Source: Lama glama (Eukaryota). Taken from it: a stretch of DNA of 64,000 nt. The stretch's first letter is position 1. Every line of letters starts with the position of its first letter. The notes below the pieces were generated by a model. That model was given only the letters and a program-made list of their open reading frames with translations, ran no database searches and was not told the origin of the DNA. Position numbers and translations under genes: made by a program. This document shows, piece after piece, positions 1-13,622 of the stretch. The stretch spans positions 24,120,001 to 24,184,000 of the forward strand of contig CM052818.1 in NCBI GenBank assembly GCA_028534125.1, written 5' to 3'.

Positions 1-1171
1 ATTCTGTGTTTTGCTCATTTTGCAAAAATCCTTCCCCTGTCTGACATTTGAGTGGGGTTTCTAGAAGGAATAAATGTTTGTGTTCAAACTATCATCTTCA
101 GTCTGAAGTTGTATTATAAAATGTGTAAGCGAGAATATTCTACTAAAAATAAATATTATCCATAAATTCAGATTTATGATACAATACGTGTTTGCAATAT
201 TATAGTTGCATTTGCTGTTCAATGTACATTGTAAAGTTTGCCTCATAACTAAGTCCAATTAGCTCTTCTACTCTTCACTGTAGTGCTTGCTTCATTTCTG
301 CAGTTGTTAAAAGTCAGTCCTAACTGGGGAATTAGAAGGAGGGCATGCACTCAACTGTCAAGGAATTAGTTACTCTCTAATATAACTTCACTTAATTTCA
401 TTTCATATATTTCCCTTTTAATATTATTAATAAATAAAGGTACTACTAGGGAAAAATGTTTTAAGAAACAAGATTAAATTGAAAAATTTCTATCTCAAAC
501 AGTATTCAATCAATGTTTATGGAGAGTATTAATGAATGGGATAAAAACCTTTTAGACCTTTTAAGTATGTCTTTGTGATATCAAAATTATTTTCCCGGTT
601 GGAAGAGTCTAAATTTAAAAAAAGAAATGAGTAGTTATCTGAAGGAGCAGTCGGTATACATTGTTCACAGTTACACTGCGTCATCTACTCGGTCCTATCT
701 GGACTGCAGAAGTAAGATTTGGTGATCTAATTCTATGCATGCCTTGGATTTCTCCTAAAGTGTTTCCTGTGATTATTTTCATAGATAAAGATTTGAGGTG
801 ATTGCAGCCCATAAATAACACACATCATAAAGATACATATTTAAGCCCACAAACTGCATGGACTGTGCCACTGATTTTCAGGACATGGCTTAGCTAAAAG
901 CTGTCCTCTATACAAGATGCATAATTCAACTTTGAAGCTTTGCCTGCTTTACCTGAAAACCACCAACTGCAAAAGCGTAAGAATCATGTGTCCCGACAGA
1001 ATAAATCGAACTCTCTCTCAGCACTGCTATGGCAACTTAATTCTAAAAAGAAGATTCTTGAATAAAAAATTAAGAGTATTTTAATTATTATTAAGTAATT
1101 ATGTAATATAATGTATGGTAATATATAAATTATAATAAAATTAAAATAGATACATTTGGTCCATATATTTT

Positions 1172-1250
1172 GTATATATATATATGTGTATATACAGAGA
1201 GAGAGACAGAGGGACAAAGACAGAGAGACAGAGAGGAAGAGAGAAACAGA
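1172..1250. repeat. Compound (TA)n / GA-rich simple repeat
   Basis: tatatata... followed by gagagacaga-type purine-rich units. Confidence 0.8.
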
Positions 1251-3235
1251 ATAAAGATATTAGTGAAAAGTCTTTTTGCTGTGCATCAGGAAGCCAGGAA
1301 AAGGTGAGTGGGGGAGTGGATAAGGAAGACGAGGTAACAGCGGTGCTCTCTTAAGTTACTGGCCAAGTAAGTATTTTGGAAAAGCCGTTCTGTGAAAACT
1401 GTGCCTGGAAACATGCTGTTATTATCGACACAGAGGTATTAATGGGAAGAAACCCAAGAAATTATTGTGATCTTGGTTGGAAAATCACATTGAATACCGT
1501 GTACTGTTTTTAAGAGGAAACCAATCATGTTTTTTATAAACTCTGAAAATGTATTTTGTCAGTCCCAATTAAAGAACTGTGACATGAAGCTCCAGTTTTT
1601 AAAAAAATAAGCTACTTTTATTTTCTAATAGCATAATCAGGATAAGAGAATTTTGATACATCTGCTGTTTCTTTTCTTTTCTTTTTTCTTTTTTTTTTTT
1701 TGCCAAAAATACGGCTCCAGGAGTTTTAAATAAGAATTTCCACATGGAGATGAGAGTGTTTATAACATACTGGAACAATTTTGTTCACTTTCCTTTTCCC
1801 ATCCAGATTGATTCAAGGAAATGGGTATTAGAATGAAAAATCATACTCACATTTAGATGATTATTTATTGAACATCAGGCAAGGTCTGTCTAAGGACAAG
1901 GACAACTTTGGCTCTGGCAGTGACTTCTGAATAGCATCCCGAAAAATGTTCAGAAATAAATACACGTTGTGTTTTAAAATTCCCCAGGATGGCTCAGTAC
2001 AACATATGTTATACAGTTATATATTTTCACACCAACATTCCTGCAGTTATATGAACCACAGAACATTGTGGGGGTAGAGAAACTTGGCATGTGGTGAGAC
2101 TGACATTTCTACCAAAAGAGTAACTTTCTGTGCAAGACATTTAAATTTCCATAAAATCAAGCCCTTTGATGAGCTCATCAAAACCCTCTCTAGTTCCAAA
2201 ATGACATATCTTAGTTACTTTTATGTAGCTAAACAGATAGTATTCATATTTTGATATAAACAAATCATATTAAAGACAGTATTATAATTTGAAAATTAGG
2301 TAACAACCATGAGCTATTTGTGAGTGGGCAAATTTTCCAATTTTATTTATTCTGCAAATTCCCCAAGGCTTTGCCTCCAAGCTCGGAACAAAGAAAAGCA
2401 TCAGGAAGTGGCCCATCTTGTTATGATTTCTTTTCCAAACCACCCATTGAGAGTACCTCCCCATTAAAGACGTATACACATGCTAAACTTAAAAAAGAAG
2501 TCAATCATCTTACACTCATTATCTGTTAGCCACCAGTCTCCACTGAATGCATTCATGCCTTGCTGTATATTGGGAAAATCTGGAAAATGAGCCATTGATA
2601 TTGGAATATCCAAGATATTCCCATCTTGGACAGTCTTGAATTCTACATGGTCAAGATGGGCAAATGGGAGAGTAAAGGAACACTTCAGTAGGAGAAAATA
2701 AGCAGATTTAGTTGAGTTTCAAAGCAGTATAGCATTATTAATGACTACCAGAGGATGGATATCAAAAAATTATATGACTCTATTTTTAAAGATTGTATTT
2801 GACTATTAAACAAAAATCCAGAGGTCATGTTTACACCTGCATTAATGGTACCTCTTGTGATTCTTATGAAAATTTTTAAGACTGATTTGTTTTTACTTTA
2901 ATTTTATCAGTCTCTCCTGCTTAAAAAGTGGTTAGTATGGTATAGAATATAAGAGAATTCAGAAATTCAACTGAATTTAAAAATCTGAGTGCTTTTTAAT
3001 TACAGAGCCTAAAGGGCATAGTTTGTGTATCTGAAGCCATTAAACGGGCAATGATGAATAATTATACCCAGGAAAAGAGAAGTTACATGGGGGAGGGGAA
3101 AACAGGCTGAAAAACTATTAAAAAAATTCTTATAAGTAAGTTGCAAAATTACTACAAAATATTTAAAGGTTTGTTTATTTGTTTGTTTTTAATGTTTTTG
3201 TTCATGAGGGGTACCAGGAAATAAGTCCATCATGA

Positions 3236-3970
3236 GGAGGAAGTTTCCACACCGCCTGCTTCCGTGGGCTGCCGATTCTACAGCGGTGAAGAACGGTGGT
3301 CCTCAGAAGCTACAACTCCACATTCTTTTCGTTATGCTCCCTGCCGCCCGGGTCAAGTAGCTGGGCCCACCCAGGCCCAGGAAGACTGTGAGTGGGAAGT
3401 GCTTTGAGTTCTTTAGAGAGATATGTTTTACAAATACTATTATTATTAAAGCTATTATTAAAGCTGAGGCCCAGTTTTAGCTGATGCCTTTCTGGAGGCA
3501 GTGGGTGGGCAGCAACCCACTTCACCGCCCTGCCAGAGGCGCTAAGCATCCTCTTTGCTCCCAGCGCTGTATCACGGCTCTATTTTTTCCAATTCCGTGT
3601 CTTTTCTCGAGGACCTCACCCTCCCTGCTTCTCACAGAAGGTCAATCCACAGAGAGGGAGACAATAAGGCAGAAAATCTCCCAAGAACAATTCAAAGTAG
3701 CAATTTTAGTAAAAATAGCTGGATTTAGCCCACGGTAAGACGGTTTTTACAGAATTTGCCTGGCGCGCACATTCATTACAGTACGTCTCCCCCTCGCACT
3801 GCAGGAGCACCAAGGTGTCAGCTGACAAGGAGTTTAAATTTTCCTCAGGCATTCTTACAATTCCTCCAGCTGCTTCTTAACCACCTGCCCGGGGCTATGA
3901 GATGAGCACTTATCAGTTGTATCCCATTTAACTCGTTCACACACAATTTGGCCCGTGCGCAACTTCTCCA
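3236..3970. promoter_or_regulatory. CpG-enriched unique element, candidate promoter/enhancer
   Basis: About two dozen CpGs in ~730 bp (hand count) against a strongly depleted background. ETS GAGGAAGT near 3236-3244, palindrome TGTCAGCTGACA 3816-3827, E-boxes at 3867 and 3882, GATA site CTTATCA 3909-3915. Confidence 0.5.
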
Positions 3971-4409
3971 TAGCCAAGGAAGCCCATTTTAGAGAAATGT
4001 TTTTGAATTCTTTTCTTTCTCTCTCTTAAAGGAAGTGTTTGAAATTACACTTATGATGTCCAAAATCAAATGTCCTCCCACACACTTTTTAACTGTAGCT
4101 GGTATCTTGGAAGGCTCAGAATCATAATGGAAGAATACATCGGTATTAAAAAAAAATACTCCAGGAAGGATTGGTTCCCACAAGAAACTGAAATGAGAAA
4201 CTCCCAACGAAAGAGTCAAGTATGATGTTGAACTCTGACATGTTTAGCACACTGCAGTTTCTAAATTTCAGACACTTCGGGATCATTATTGCAAACAGCA
4301 CCCTGAAATACATGAAATAAGTCTCCTTTTCATGTGTGTTAAGCAACATGGTACAAAATAGTTCTTCGAGTAGCATTTTCATAATGAACTCAGGGGTTCA
4401 GAGGAGGAT

Positions 4410-4565
4410 TTTTAGAGGTAATCTTCCCCAGCCCTTTTGGCTCAGAGATGGAGGAACTGATGACCAGAAACATGAAGTCCCCTCCAAATGTCACATGGTT
4501 TGTGACAGAGTGAGGACCAAGATCAGGGTTTTCTAAGTCACTAAGTTTTCTGTTCACTACTCCTT
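4410..4565 (-). mobile_element. MIR SINE relic
   Basis: Degenerate MIR core gatggaggaactga...aaatgtcacatggtttgtgacagag. Confidence 0.6.
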
Positions 4566-4719
4566 CTGCTGTTACATTCTATTAGTTTTATCACTTTTGA
4601 GAACCAAGAGAAAAATTCCTAAACAAAAATTCAGAATTTAATGTTAAATTAAAACTAGCAATTTTATTGGTTGCTTTAAAATTTGAGAATTCTATAGTTC
4701 CCCTTTTGTTTTAGATTCA

Positions 4720-4930
4720 TATATTTTTGTGACAAAACATAAAATGATTGGACTAACTCCAAAAGTACATGAAAATACAAAAAAATAAACACAGGAAAAT
4801 ATATATAAATAAAAATCACCTCCCAGAGAGAACAATTATTATTTTGATGTAGTTCTTTCCAACTTTTTTCTCTCACTCTTCCATCATAAGTATGTGTGAA
4901 TATATTTATACATGTATACGTGTGTAGACA
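4720..4930 (-). mobile_element. Ancient L1 (L1ME-type) 3' UTR fragment
   Basis: aaaatcacc...cccagagagaacaatt...tttccaactttttt pattern typical of antisense L1ME 3' ends. Confidence 0.45.
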
Positions 4931-5334
4931 CGTAAATAACATTGAGTTGATAGTGGAAAATAATAAATAACAGCACCTAAAAAGAAACGTATTTGTATTT
5001 ATAAAGAAGTCCCAAAACTCCAAACTCATGTTTACATTGTGTTTTGACTGCTGTGACTATTTCAACCTGAAAAAGCCTCTGAATCAGGCTTGAACCCAAG
5101 ACAGAGTGATTTTTTCTTCTCTTGTTAGGAGATATAAATGGCTATAATGGGGCTCTTGTGGCCAATGGGGTGACAGAATGGACATCTTGTATTACAAAAT
5201 AAATTTTAAAAGAATTGGCCGTGGCATCTGGAGAAATAGCTAGATGAATGCACTGATGAACCAGAGAAAAAGACAAGCTTTATGAAGTTTTGAAACAGAT
5301 TTAAGTTCTGATTATGCAAACTGAAGAAAATGGG

Positions 5335-6460
5335 CTCATATTGTCAACAAAAATGTCACTGCATCTATAATAGGCCAAGCATGGTGTTAGGTGCTGGGAC
5401 AAAAAGGTTCATGAAACATGATTCAAGTCCTCAAATACTTCATATTCTAATAGGATGCACCAGTACATACACCAGTGACTACTATAAAGTCCTCCAATCT
5501 TATAACAATATTGTGGATTTGTGCAAAGTGGGGTAGAATGACAGGCGGATGATCAATCAAAAATTGACCCATGCTTGGAAAAAATGTAGAAGACTCCTCA
5601 GAAGGAATAGTTAAAAATTACCATCCCAGGATAGATAATAGCTTATGTGCTGTAGAAATAACAGAAAATCTATGCGTTACTTAGTGAACAAAATTTTATG
5701 GAATGCATACCACATTTCAGGCACTATTCCAGACATTAATCACAGAGCTGTGAACCAGACAATCAAAGCCTTTACCTTCTGAAGTGAAAAAGAAAATCTT
5801 GAGACTGAGTTTCACGGTAAATTGTGAGCCCAGAGATATAACTTTGGGAGTGAGTCATCAGCACACAGATTTTTATTGAAAACCAGCAGCACCAAATAAG
5901 ATCATCTTGGAAGCAAGGGAAGGCAAACAGGAAAATGAGAAAATGTGAGCCTTGGGGCTCCATGTCACGTAAAGTCTAGGGGGAAAAAAGCAGAAATGCT
6001 AAAAAGAGACTGACAAGAAATGGCCAGTGAGTTAGTTCAGAAAATGTCCAGGAAAACCATGACAGGGAGGAACCCTGAAAGATAAGTGAAGAAGATATTT
6101 TAAAGAAGGGCTGATCAACTGAGTCAAATATAAATATATCAAGCAAGATAAGGACTCAATTTACCATTGGATATAGCAGCAATAGTGCTCTGAGGCCACT
6201 GGTGATCCGAATATTTATTTGAGTGGATTGTGTATTTATTTTAATTAAAATTGCCTTCCAGAGGGATCTTAATCTATTAAGGCAGAAACTGTACAACAAC
6301 AAATGAGGTTGAAATTTTGGGTAAAATGAGAGCTGGGTGTTTCATGTTGGATTTGACAAAATGGCCATCATTGAAAACATGGCCAAGAGGATTTTCAGTG
6401 GCGTGTTGTGGAAGAAAGCTTGATTAGAAAGAATGTGAGGAAAGGCATTAAAGATAACAA
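5335..6460 (-). mobile_element. L2 LINE fragments (two 3' ends, at ~5340 and ~5686)
   Basis: aacaaaattttatggaatgcataccacatttcaggcactattccagaca resembles the antisense L2 3' terminus; purine-rich L2 body follows. Confidence 0.65.
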
Positions 6461-6959
6461 AGAGTATAAAACATAATTTTATGGAATTTTTCCATAAAGG
6501 AAAGCAGAATACAAAGAATTAAAAGAGACATGATACAGGGCCCCCAGTTTTTCTTTGCTTCAATCATTGCTTCTGTTCCCTTTCTTTCTTTTCCCTTTTT
6601 TTTTTTTTTTGCTAAATCTCCCACCCTTGAAGCTTGTCTACCCAACAAACCACAAGGCTTACCAAACAGTTCTTGATAAAACTGTTCTGACAGTTACTGG
6701 GATGTCTGTCTGCCAATAATACCAAGTAGAAGGAATGGAAAACTGGAACAATCTTCAACCGACCCAACAGCAAGTTTCACAAGAGTGAGAGGCGAAAGCT
6801 GCCATGTGAGTCAAACCACCAGTCTCCCTTTCTGCTCCTCCCCCAATAAAATCCGGCTTTGACTCAGCAAACTACTTGGTCTTCAGGTGGTCCTTGATAT
6901 GCATCAGGTGAATAAAGTCTTTAACCTCTCTACTTGAGTTACCTGAACTATTTTTTCCC

Positions 6960-7380
6960 CTTGGTTAGAGAAATGAGACAATAACTGAAGAGAGAGTTGC
7001 CCTCCAGAGAGGCCTATAAAGATGAAAGACGTTCTTATTTGTTTCCAATGAAAACAATTCTATAAAGAGGGAAAGATTCATGACGCATATGTAAAGGGAG
7101 TGGATAATTGCAAGAAAAATGTTTCTGTATACAAAAAGAGATGAGATTCAATAAAAAGGTAAAAAGTAGAAAGGAGCTCAGAGAGTGTACCGTTTACCAG
7201 AGGACAGTAGAGCAGATCTGCCAGTGCAGATCGTAAGAGGATTTGGTAGTAGAAAGATAAAAATAATTTTCTGATGGCTTCTATTTGTTCAACGAAATAA
7301 GAGAAGTCATTATATAAGAATGAGGAAAGAGGAGGGGCGTGTTGGCATTTTAAGAAAAGACAAAAGGGGAAGAAATGGTA
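6960..7380 (-). mobile_element. L2 LINE continuation, degraded
   Basis: Purine-rich sequence resembling antisense L2 body; resumes after the 6.5-6.95 kb interruption. Confidence 0.45.
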
Positions 7381-7944
7381 TATTCTGTATTATTAATATC
7401 TAATTTATCGGATTATGATCCTGGAGTCTGGGCTTATAAATTTCTGGGAAATGTGATAGGCTTGAAAGGCAGAGCTAGGAGATCATTTGAGAGGATGTGC
7501 TGGGGAAACATTTTAGATTCAGAGAGCAAATGGCATAAAAAGGTGTTTAAATGTTATTTTCTAATCAATGAAGACACATGATTTTTAAGCAAGTGAGGAC
7601 AAGAGATGTTCTGTTATAAATGTGCTGCTTGCTTTATGATAACTATGTATGAGAATTTGTTCTTGAAACATGTTTATTCAAGATTTTTAATTGAGATTTA
7701 ATTTTCTCTGTAAACTATTTATGACTATCACTATATCGGTAAGAAAGAAATACTTCATATAAATATATACCTATAGCAAATGTTTTGAATCTGGGTCCAT
7801 AATAATTTATAAGCCAAATAAACTTCTTTTGATTTATTATTTGCTTATTATTTTTTCATATATTCCCTTGAATCTCATTTGAAAATATGAATATTTGGAG
7901 ACAAATTAAGTCCTGTATTTAGAATGAAGTGTATTTTGAAACAT

Positions 7945-8100
7945 CGTTTCTTTCTGATTCCAAAAATAATACATGGTAATTGTTGATAATTGGGGAAGTT
8001 AAAAATTTACAATGAAGAAAATAAAAATTAACTATAATCCTAATTGACACAGTCATTTTAATAAGTATAACATTTCATTATATACATTTATCATCATTTA
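7945..8100 (-). mobile_element. Ancient L1ME-type 3' end fragment
   Basis: ttctgattccaaaaataatacatggtaattg...aatgaagaaaataaaaattaactataatcc. Confidence 0.5.
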
Positions 8101-10973
8101 CTTAATTGGTCTTCTAGGTTATTTACAGATGCAAATTGTATTTGTAAAGGTATTTGCTAATGAAAATTGGAGTAGTGGGAGAAGGGACTGTATAATAGCA
8201 ATCCAAGAGCAGATATCTTGGGAAACTATAGCAAATTAGACAAATAACAGGTTATACAATTATGACACCAGCATCCACAGATTTATAGGATTTTAGTATG
8301 GTCTAGAATGCAGCTGGTCTGTCTTCCCCCACCCAAGTCTCCTGCATGACCTGGACCCCAATCAGGAATAAGCCTTGATTCTTTCTGGATCATAGCAAAA
8401 CACGTATTGTATTGCTTTGGGAAACCTCAGATCAAATAAAACCAGGTCAGGTTAACCATATGGCAGTGTTTTTTAAGTTTGCTGCAAGTCCTTTTATCAA
8501 TGCAAACTTATTATTGCTGCAGGGAAAGGTTTTCTGAGTCAGAAAAGGTGCACAAACTAGGCCAAGGTTTTGATATTGTGATGAGTTTTTAAAATTAAAG
8601 CATTACATACGAAATAGAGCAGAAGTGCTTTAAAAAGATAACATCTGAAACTACCTTCTTTCTTCAAAAAGTATTTACTGAATCCACAGAATTTGAAATT
8701 AAAAAAAATAGATGTAGGGAAAAACAGATTCCCATCAAAATCATTTACCCTCAAGGTAAACATATCCATGTTTAAATCTTAAGACCCAAGAAACCTAAAA
8801 TATTTCCTGTATTTTTTGGCACTTATGGTGAAATCTGATAATATAATGAGGCAATTTATTTTGTTTGTGGGTTTTTTTTTCATCCATCACTTGTCAAAAT
8901 CACAGAGTCATGAAGTACAGAGATAGTAAGATAAACATTTTCCTGAAAAAAAAAATTGAGTTCAGGAGAGAATCATCTCAGAACAAAAAATACTTCAAGT
9001 TCACTGTACTTGTTTCAATATCGCCTCACTGAGGAGATAAGAAGCCAAGAATGAAGAAAGTAGCCAATTATAGAAAATTTGTGAAAAGAAATGTTTCCTT
9101 TCTTTTCCAGATAACATCCTCCTGGTGACAAATGCTGAGCTCGTGCTTTGGGTCTCATCGCAGGGATGGCCTAATTAGAATGAAGTAGATCTGGTGAAGA
9201 CTATTAAACACAGTGATCAGTCAGCCACAGAAGGATACAGTGACTTGTCAAAAGACGTGGGAATGTACAAAAATCAAGCTGGAGGGACAGTTTTGATTTT
9301 AGTGAGCTCTGAAAAAATGTTGGAATTTTGAACTGCGTTTTAGCAGGAAACCAGCAGAGTGATTTTCAGGAGCAGGGACCGGTCACAGGCAACAGTGCAA
9401 AATTTTATCCTTTAAACACACCAAAGAGATGCGCTCACTGTGCAGTTTTGAAGGGGTTCGTATGATGTGTAGGGGCTTCTACAAGCAAGAGAGACAGTTG
9501 GAGAAATGAGCTTTAGATGGAGATTAAATCTTTATAAAATTTAAGAAGTAAAGATTTTATTGAGCTTATTATCATGTGTGGAATCTAAAACACAAAACAA
9601 ATAAGCAAAAAATTAATATCCAGGCAGTCCAGCTGGAGGGTCCAGAGTTTTAAACAGTTCACTCCACTCTTCTCACAGAAAAAAATGAGTGATGGAGTTG
9701 TGATTTAAGTCCAATTTTTCCAGCCAAGTTTTAGTCCCCTCCCCATCTCAGGTGCTGGTAATCTTTCTGACTTGTAGTAGAGAAGTCATATAATTCATAT
9801 AATTATGTTAAAAGGAAGACAGAGGTACCTGAGATATAAAGGAGTCAGGGAAAGCTAAGAGTTTTGCCTGGGATTAAAGAACTGGTCATTAGAAAGAAAG
9901 AGAGAAAGAAAGGAAGAGAGAGGATAAAAGAAAAAAAAAACAAGCATTTGATTTATTTTCTTGACATCAACCTCATCACCAATAAATTGCATTAAATTTC
10001 ACCAAGAAGTCTGCTTAAACATCAAAGTAATATGATGGATGATAGAACACTGTACAAATGAGCTCTATTATTTGATATGAACTTTGTTCTTCTATAGTCT
10101 TTTAACTTAATTCTTTAATTTGAAGAATGCCTTCACACTAAGAATAAATGAGGATATGCTAGGAGTTTACCATTCAATGCTATGATCTTTCTGAGAAACA
10201 TAATAGTTTCACTCAGGAATTCTGATGGACATTAAAAGTGAACATCAGTCCCCAAAGAGATAAAGATAAATCATCCAGTTTTATCAAGAAAGGGATGTTG
10301 ATGAAAGAGTAGCAAGACAGAATTTTAAAATCAGTGGAATAATACATAATCATGCAGAAAATAAACTCTTTTCTCTAATACCGTGTGGCTTAAATTTTAG
10401 TCACAGGGCACTAAGATGAAAACCCCCCATGATAAATGCTCATTTTGCTTAATGTTACATTAACTTGTCTTCTGCCACTGGTCTATGCAGTTTTCAAGGA
10501 CAGCAAGCATATTCTATTTGCCTGTAAGCACTTTTAGTTAAAAGAGAATCACATTAGGAGAAATAAATCAAATCTTAGTTGAGAAAACTATTCCTATGTC
10601 TATATCCATCAGAGGTAACCACAGAAGAGATGCAAGCAGGATGCTAGAAATGTCACTATACATTTGTCCTGGAAATGTGAAGATACTCAGTAAATGTAAT
10701 TAGATAGGCTACAGTCTATGTCAAAGCTTGACTGTTATCCAAAGATGAAAAATAGTGAAACTTCATGTAGTTGATCATTCTTCTGCTTCTAAAATGCCTA
10801 AAAGTACTAGAAATAACATAAATAAAAACAAATATGAAAATAACTTAATGGGCTTTCATTTCATCATGACGCCTCACTAAGAGAATTACAGAAACATGCC
10901 CTCCGCCCTTTAGAAGGTTAACATTGCTGGTGAGTAACAACTTACAGGCAAAAAATTAAAAGTCTGACACGGG

Positions 10974-10976
<3 letters not shown>

Positions 10977-11006
<30 letters not shown>
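10977..11006. repeat. (AC)15 microsatellite
   Basis: Perfect dinucleotide run. Confidence 0.97.
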
Positions 11007-11012
<6 letters not shown>

Positions 11013-12999
11013 TTCCATTCAGATTTGTATCCAAACAAATCTGAATCAACTGACCTTTGTCCTCATGACTTTTTAATCTAAGAGGAAAGTAAAACACGAC
11101 ACTTTTCAGTTATACTACATTCATGAATTCCTGATAACACACCTACCATGTCATCTCCTGGGTGCCTTGAGGGAGTGTTGAATAAATGAAGATGCTCATT
11201 AGCATTTTTAGCTAATTAGCATTAGCATTATTATTTTTTGCGGATTCCTCAATGGCTTCTGCTCAATTTTGATCCAGGTGCAGCCACACTGAAGTTTCCT
11301 CTCAGTGGACCCCAGCTTGGGAAAGAGTGCCTTGATTTTAAAAGGTTTTGAAAAAGACTTTCAAAGGATAACAGGAAGTAATGTGTGAAATGACACATTA
11401 CTTTGGATATAAGGACCTACTTTTTATGAGGCCTGCTGTATGTAATTTAGACTGCACTGCATAGAGGAGGCAACATCTTAATGACTTTTAAGGTCCTCAG
11501 CTTCAATCATTAATGGTTCTAAGACAGAAATCTTTCAGAGAAGTTTGCCAATTTCTCTTATTTTTTGATACCAACCAAAATTACTTTGCAAAATGTCTTT
11601 GTTCCAAACAAATTGTTCCTTGTATGTCTAAACTTCCTTCCCAAGTACCATTCTGTCAACACAGTCTGTCTTTGTGAATTGTTACTGCAGGTTGGCACTG
11701 GGATAGTACAGGACATGCTGAGGAGAAACCAGAGTGTCAGCATACACTCCTATAAAATATTTCCCATAAGGCCTCACATAAACTGTAATATCCTATGACC
11801 CCAACAGTGTTCTAATCATGGGAAACAGAGATTAATAAATATTACACTGCTTTAAATGAGCCATGTTTCCACATCTATCTGAATGTGAATCAGATAGAAT
11901 TAACTTTAAGGACTCAAAGATGCATGAAATAGCCTTTGTTTACACAGAGTGATTTCAAAAATGAGTTGACTACCAGAAACCTCACTTTTTCCCATATGCC
12001 TATTTTATTTATTAGACATTTTATTTTTTTCCCTTTAAGAATAAATCCTCCAAACTTTTATAAGACAGTTTTTTGATATTAAATAAAAACATTTTCTCCT
12101 TGTTACTTCTTTCTTCCTTTCTCATATGTCTGTGATCTTTATACATTTGTACTCCTTATTTCAAATGTTCTGTACCAGAGGAAAGAGAAAGAAAGGTGTC
12201 AGGGATATGGTAAATTTGTGTTTCCTTTGCTTTATTTTACTTACAATTTCTTTCCTACTCAGAAACATTTTCATACAGTATTATGTCTGTATCAATTTAA
12301 AAAAAACTATGGAAATAAATAGCACAGACATAAAGAATAAGGATGTGTGTATCACGTAGCATCCTAAATACCTATTTGAAAATGTGGAAGTCTTTGGAAT
12401 ATTTTCTTATTGAATAAAATTAACTGTACATATCTGTCACTAGAGATGTGCATTTTAAACTAAGAAGTTCTTCCTTGTTTGTAAAAGTAGAACATGCTGT
12501 ACTTCATTGCAATTTTCTTTAAATATCCACAGTTGTTTTGTATATATTGTCAGAGTACAAGCTTAATTATTTCCAAAAGGAATGAAGCTTATGGAAATGA
12601 ACAAAATTAACTTAGCACTCCCTTTTATTCAACAGAGTTATGGAACAGAAAAAAAAAAAAAACAAGTGAGACAGATGGATGGGTAGGGCCAAAAAAGGGA
12701 GGAGAAAGCATGGGGCCAGTTCCTAGTGAGCTACAAACCTGATGGAGGGTTGATAGAAATTGAGATTGGTGGGTCAGGCCAGGAGACAGATCTAAATGGG
12801 AGAGGAGTTCTTAACAGAATCTAGAAGGGGGTTGGAAGTTAGAAAAGAGTAAAATTAAATGTGATTTCCTAGAAAAGGGAACTGGTTCTTAAATCTGGTA
12901 CAAGGCATCTTTCGGACATTAAAATATTTCTACAGGGACAGGTATGTACCTTCCACATTTCTCTACAGACTGTTTTGAATGTGCCTTGAATTCACATCC

Positions 13000-13622
13000 C
13001 CTTGTTACAGAACAAACTGCCACAAACTCCATGGCTTAAAACAAAACCCATTTATTCACACACAATTCTGTAGGTTGGATTTCTGGATGGGCTCATCTGG
13101 GTTCCATGCCTAGAGTCTCACAAGGCTGAAATCAAAGTTTTGGCCTGACTGGGCTCTTATCTGGAAGCTCTAGGGGAGGTGTCCATTTATAGGCTCATTC
13201 AGGTTCTTGGAAAAATCCAGTTCCTGTGCCTGGAGATCCTGTGAAGTCCCTTTCTCCTGGCTGGGTGTCAGCTGGGGGCCTTTCTTGGCTCCTCGATACC
13301 ACCTTCATTCCTTCTCAGTTGAACCCCACCATCTTCCAACCAGCAATGGCCCATCAAGTTCTTTTTATGACTTAAATCTCTGATTTCCTATTCTGCTGCT
13401 CACCATTGAAAACTTTCTCTTTTTAAAGGGGCTCACTTTATTAAGCCTAGCCCACCCAAATAACCTCCCTACAATGAAGAAACTGGTCAACTAATTAGTA
13501 ACCTTAAGTACATCTACAAAATCTCTTTTGCCATGAAGCATATACAGTGATGCCCCATCATATCACACATGAGGGAATCATACAAGAGCTACTGATGTCT
13601 TTCTCAGGCATCTGATAACCAT
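13000..13622 (-). mobile_element. MLT1-family (ERVL-MaLR) solo LTR
   Basis: aacaaactgccacaaactccatggcttaaaacaaaacccatttatt...tctcacaaggctgaaatcaa...tctggaagctctagggg are MLT1 hallmarks. Confidence 0.85.

Noticed and set aside
1022..1036. RFX X-box
   Set aside because: Only one good half-site (ATGGCAAC) and no promoter context
4676..5029. 117-aa hydrophobic ORF on minus strand
   Set aside because: Arises from AT-rich sequence overlapping a probable L1ME relic
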